Source of the DNA: Octopus sinensis
Lineage: Eukaryota
Assembly (NCBI RefSeq): GCF_006345805.1
Contig: NC_043020.1
Span: 9,300,001 to 9,364,000 of the forward strand
Direction: 5' to 3'
Length of the DNA stretch: 64,000 bases
A program made the position numbers and the translations under genes. Of this stretch, positions 61,123-64,000 are shown one piece after another (positions within the stretch are counted from its first letter, which is position 1; each line of letters starts with the position of its first letter). The notes beneath the pieces were generated by a model, which searched no databases, was not told where the DNA came from, and saw only the letters and a list, made by a program, of their open reading frames with translations.

Positions 61123-61489
61123 TCTCTATGTATATAAAGCTGAAGTTGTCTGTGTATGGCAGGTTTGGTAGCCTTCAACTAACACTATCTCCTCCGAGAC
61201 CCTGCGACGCTATTTGACCAAAATTGAGAGTATGATAGAAGAAGGCTTGCTCTTCCTTCCGTAGAAGAAAAAATTCAAATCGAACCATGTTAACACCAAA
61301 AATTATTTACATCAAAAACGTGCTTTTTTTTCTATGAAGAACCCTATTTTTCACAATTTTTTGACTGCTGTGTCGCCTATGTTCACTTAAAGAGAATAAC
61401 AAGCTATATAATGCAAATTTATTACTTTTCAAAAATTCCAATTCTAGAGGGTTGAAACAAACCCTAGCAACGCCGGGCGATACTGCTAG
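61123..61489 (+). mobile_element. Non-autonomous Helitron, third body type with an H1-like end
   Basis: A|TCTCTATGTATATAAAG...caaaccctagcaacgccgggcgatactgCTAG|T. Confidence 0.8.
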
Positions 61490-61495
61490 TATATA

Positions 61496-61701
61496 TTTAC
61501 TCTTTTACTCTTTACTCTTTTACTTGTTTCAGTCATTTGACTGCGGCCATGCTGGAGCACCGCCTTTAGTCGAGCAAATCGACCCCGGGACTTATTCTTT
61601 GTAAGCCCAGTACTTATTCTATCGGTCTCTTTTGCCGAACCGCTAAGTGACGGGGACGTAAACACACCAGCATCGGTTGTCAAGCAATGCTAGGGGGACA
61701 A

Positions 61702-61760
<59 letters not shown>

Positions 61761-61923
61761 CGACAGGCTTCTTTCAGTTTCCGTCTACCAAATCCACTCA
61801 CAAGGCATTGGTCGGCCCGGGGCTATAGCAGAAAACACTTGCCCAAGATGCCACGCAGTGGGACTGAACCCGGAACCATGTGGTTGGTTAGCAAGCTACT
61901 TACCACACAGCCACTCCTACGCC
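61496..61923 (-). mobile_element. SINE family A, full length
   Basis: Complete reverse-complement copy. Confidence 0.9.
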
Positions 61924-62286
61924 TATATATAGAGAGATGAGAGAGAGACTTGCAAGATTAATTGCTTATTGCTCTCTCTTTCGCAGTTCTTCTAAAAATA
62001 TGTTCGCTTTATGCATTAAGTATATCGCCCTGAATTGTTTTTCTCTCTCGGAATATAACATTGATAATATATGGCGAAAGTAAAGAGTACGTACACCTGG
62101 TGTTTAGGGTTTCGATTTGGGGTTAGGGTTTTTGTTACACCGAAAACGGGTGGTGTACGTATTCTTTACCTCCGTCATTATATATATATTACGTATTATA
62201 TAACGTAAATAGGTGGCCTATGCGTATAATAATTGTAATGAGCTTATGTATACAGAACTCAATTGCACTTGGTCTGTTTAATACCT

Positions 62287-62515
62287 ATTTCTTTATTACC
62301 CACAAGGGACTAAACACAGAGCGGACAAACAAGGACAGACATAGGTATTAAGTCGATTACATCGACCCCAGTGCGTAACTGGTACTTAATTTATCGACCC
62401 CGAAAGGATGAAAGGCAAAGTCGACCTCGGCGGAATTTGAACTCACAACGTAACGCAGACGAAATACCGCTAAGCATTTCGCCTGGCGTGCTAACGTTTC
62501 TGCCAGCTCTCCGCC
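62287..62515 (-). mobile_element. SINE family B, full length
   Basis: 17-bp TSD tggtctgtttaatacct (62270-62286 and 62516-62532). Confidence 0.92.
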
Positions 62516-63351
62516 TGGTCTGTTTAATACCTGCAATGATCTGTGTCTCTGTGTGACCTCGCCTTTTCTCTTCACCCCAGGTCGGCTCTGACTGTGTAGA
62601 CTTATAATCCAAGACGTCCCAACCATAACCATTCCGCCTCTTTTTTTTTTTTTCAAGATGGTGAAGTCTGGTTTGGTGGGAGAACAGCTACTATTTCTAA
62701 CAATCCAAATGACCACGTAGGGGCTCCTTTTGCTCACTAATTATTAGAAATTCTCTCTGAATACGACTGTGTAAAATAGTGTGTGTGTGTTTTTAAACAT
62801 CATAATTTACGTTGCTTGTTCTGAATTCTATAGAAAATCTGTAGAGATAAGCTTATCTAAACATTTCTAATATACGATAGAATGAACAGGATTTAATCAC
62901 AACAATTGTTTCTGTGCGTTGATAACAATTGTCAGTCGCTGGTGAATGGCATCGAGAGTACTGCTGGATCACATCTAGCTTCCCATTGTTTTATACTCAT
63001 TTATATATATATATATAAGTAGTTGAATGAATTATCCTAGTATGGATAATTCTGTTAACCGATACCCGGGTAGCAAATTCACGTCAGAAAAACACGGTTG
63101 AAGCCAAGGGTAGAGATCTCGTGCTTTCGTGTGGAAATTTGTGTTTTTTTTTTATACAAATAAATGAAAAAATGGAGTTGAACGACGATTTAACAAAATT
63201 CCTTTATTCTCAACATATGTTTCGAAGACTGCATATTCCTAATTTCGAAGGAATAAGGGGTGCATTATGCCGCCTTCTCATCAGGAAAGACAAGGAACTT
63301 ATGTCAGCATCATGACGAACAAAAACTTTTAGATGACTGCCCACACGGAGT

Positions 63352-63409
<58 letters not shown>

Positions 63410-63596
63410 TTAATTAGAGGATGTTAATCTCGTGTAGGGATCTGGTTCAATACCTAATATTTTTGAGGAATGAAATTCCCGTAAAACAATTGGTATATAT
63501 TAAGTATATAATTTATATCCATTTAAAAGAAGAAAAGAAAATGGAGATAAGGAAGTTAATAATTGTTTATTTCTAAAAACAAATTGGTCATCTTCA

Positions 63597-63685
63597 CTTC
63601 TTACAGCTGTTTCAATTAATTTAAGTATAAATTTCTACATTAAATTTACATTTATATGACATGAATAATAATTTCATTAGAGAAA
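63597..63685 (-). ncRNA. Second copy of the long-stem-II hammerhead-like motif (core G5 mutated to A)
   Basis: Minus strand: tttct-CTAATGA-aatta...taatt-GAAAC-agct-GTA-agaag. All three stems pair and loop III (AGCT) is palindromic. Confidence 0.45.
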
Positions 63686-63734
63686 AAGAAAGATGTAAAT
63701 TTAATATACTTATTTGTAATAAAATTATTGAGTA

Positions 63735-64000
63735 CTAGCAGTATCGCCGGCGTTGCTCGGATTTGTAAGGGAAATAACTATATAAGCATTTTTAGAGAGT
63801 TATAGCCAAAAAATGCATTAAAAAAGGGAAAAAAATGATGTTAAATTTTTTTTAAAACACGTTGACTCATCGTAGACATTTTTAGAGAGTTACTTCCCTT
63901 TATATAATAGCGAAAAATGCATTAAAATAGAAAAAAATTATGGTAAATTATTTTTTAAATCGTAGACTCATCGTAGACGCACGCTAATACCCAGAAGGGC
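63735..64000 (-). mobile_element. Non-autonomous Helitron (family H1), running off the window
   Basis: Reverse-complement CTAG end, hairpin and H1 subrepeats. Confidence 0.85.

Overview
This is animal genomic DNA, AT-rich and dominated by repeats. Its SINE and microsatellite content closely resembles octopus (inference; not database-checked), and there is one 100-N gap at 18939-19038. The only host gene I can support is the 3' end of a plus-strand TTLL15-like tubulin-tyrosine-ligase-family gene. It has three GT-AG exons (812-914, 2010-2123, 4738-4860) that the ORF track misses. The rest is mobile DNA: three same-orientation Tx1-clade (L1-superfamily) LINE copies inserted into one (GATA)n array (47.2-54.6 kb, one nearly intact); RTE, R4/Dong-like and gypsy-like remnants; a solo LTR; a deleted mariner; piggyBac-type and 8-bp-TSD MITEs; about ten non-autonomous Helitrons; and dozens of tRNA-headed SINEs of at least four families. 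The most promising leads are: (1) a Tx1 LINE apparently specific for (GATA)n/(TCTA)n; (2) an abundant Meta-domain-like SINE whose last ~55 nt match that LINE's 3' end, a candidate SINE-LINE partnership; (3) several type I hammerhead-ribozyme-like motifs in dispersed repeats; and (4) long near-perfect palindromes, one just downstream of a TTLL15 exon.
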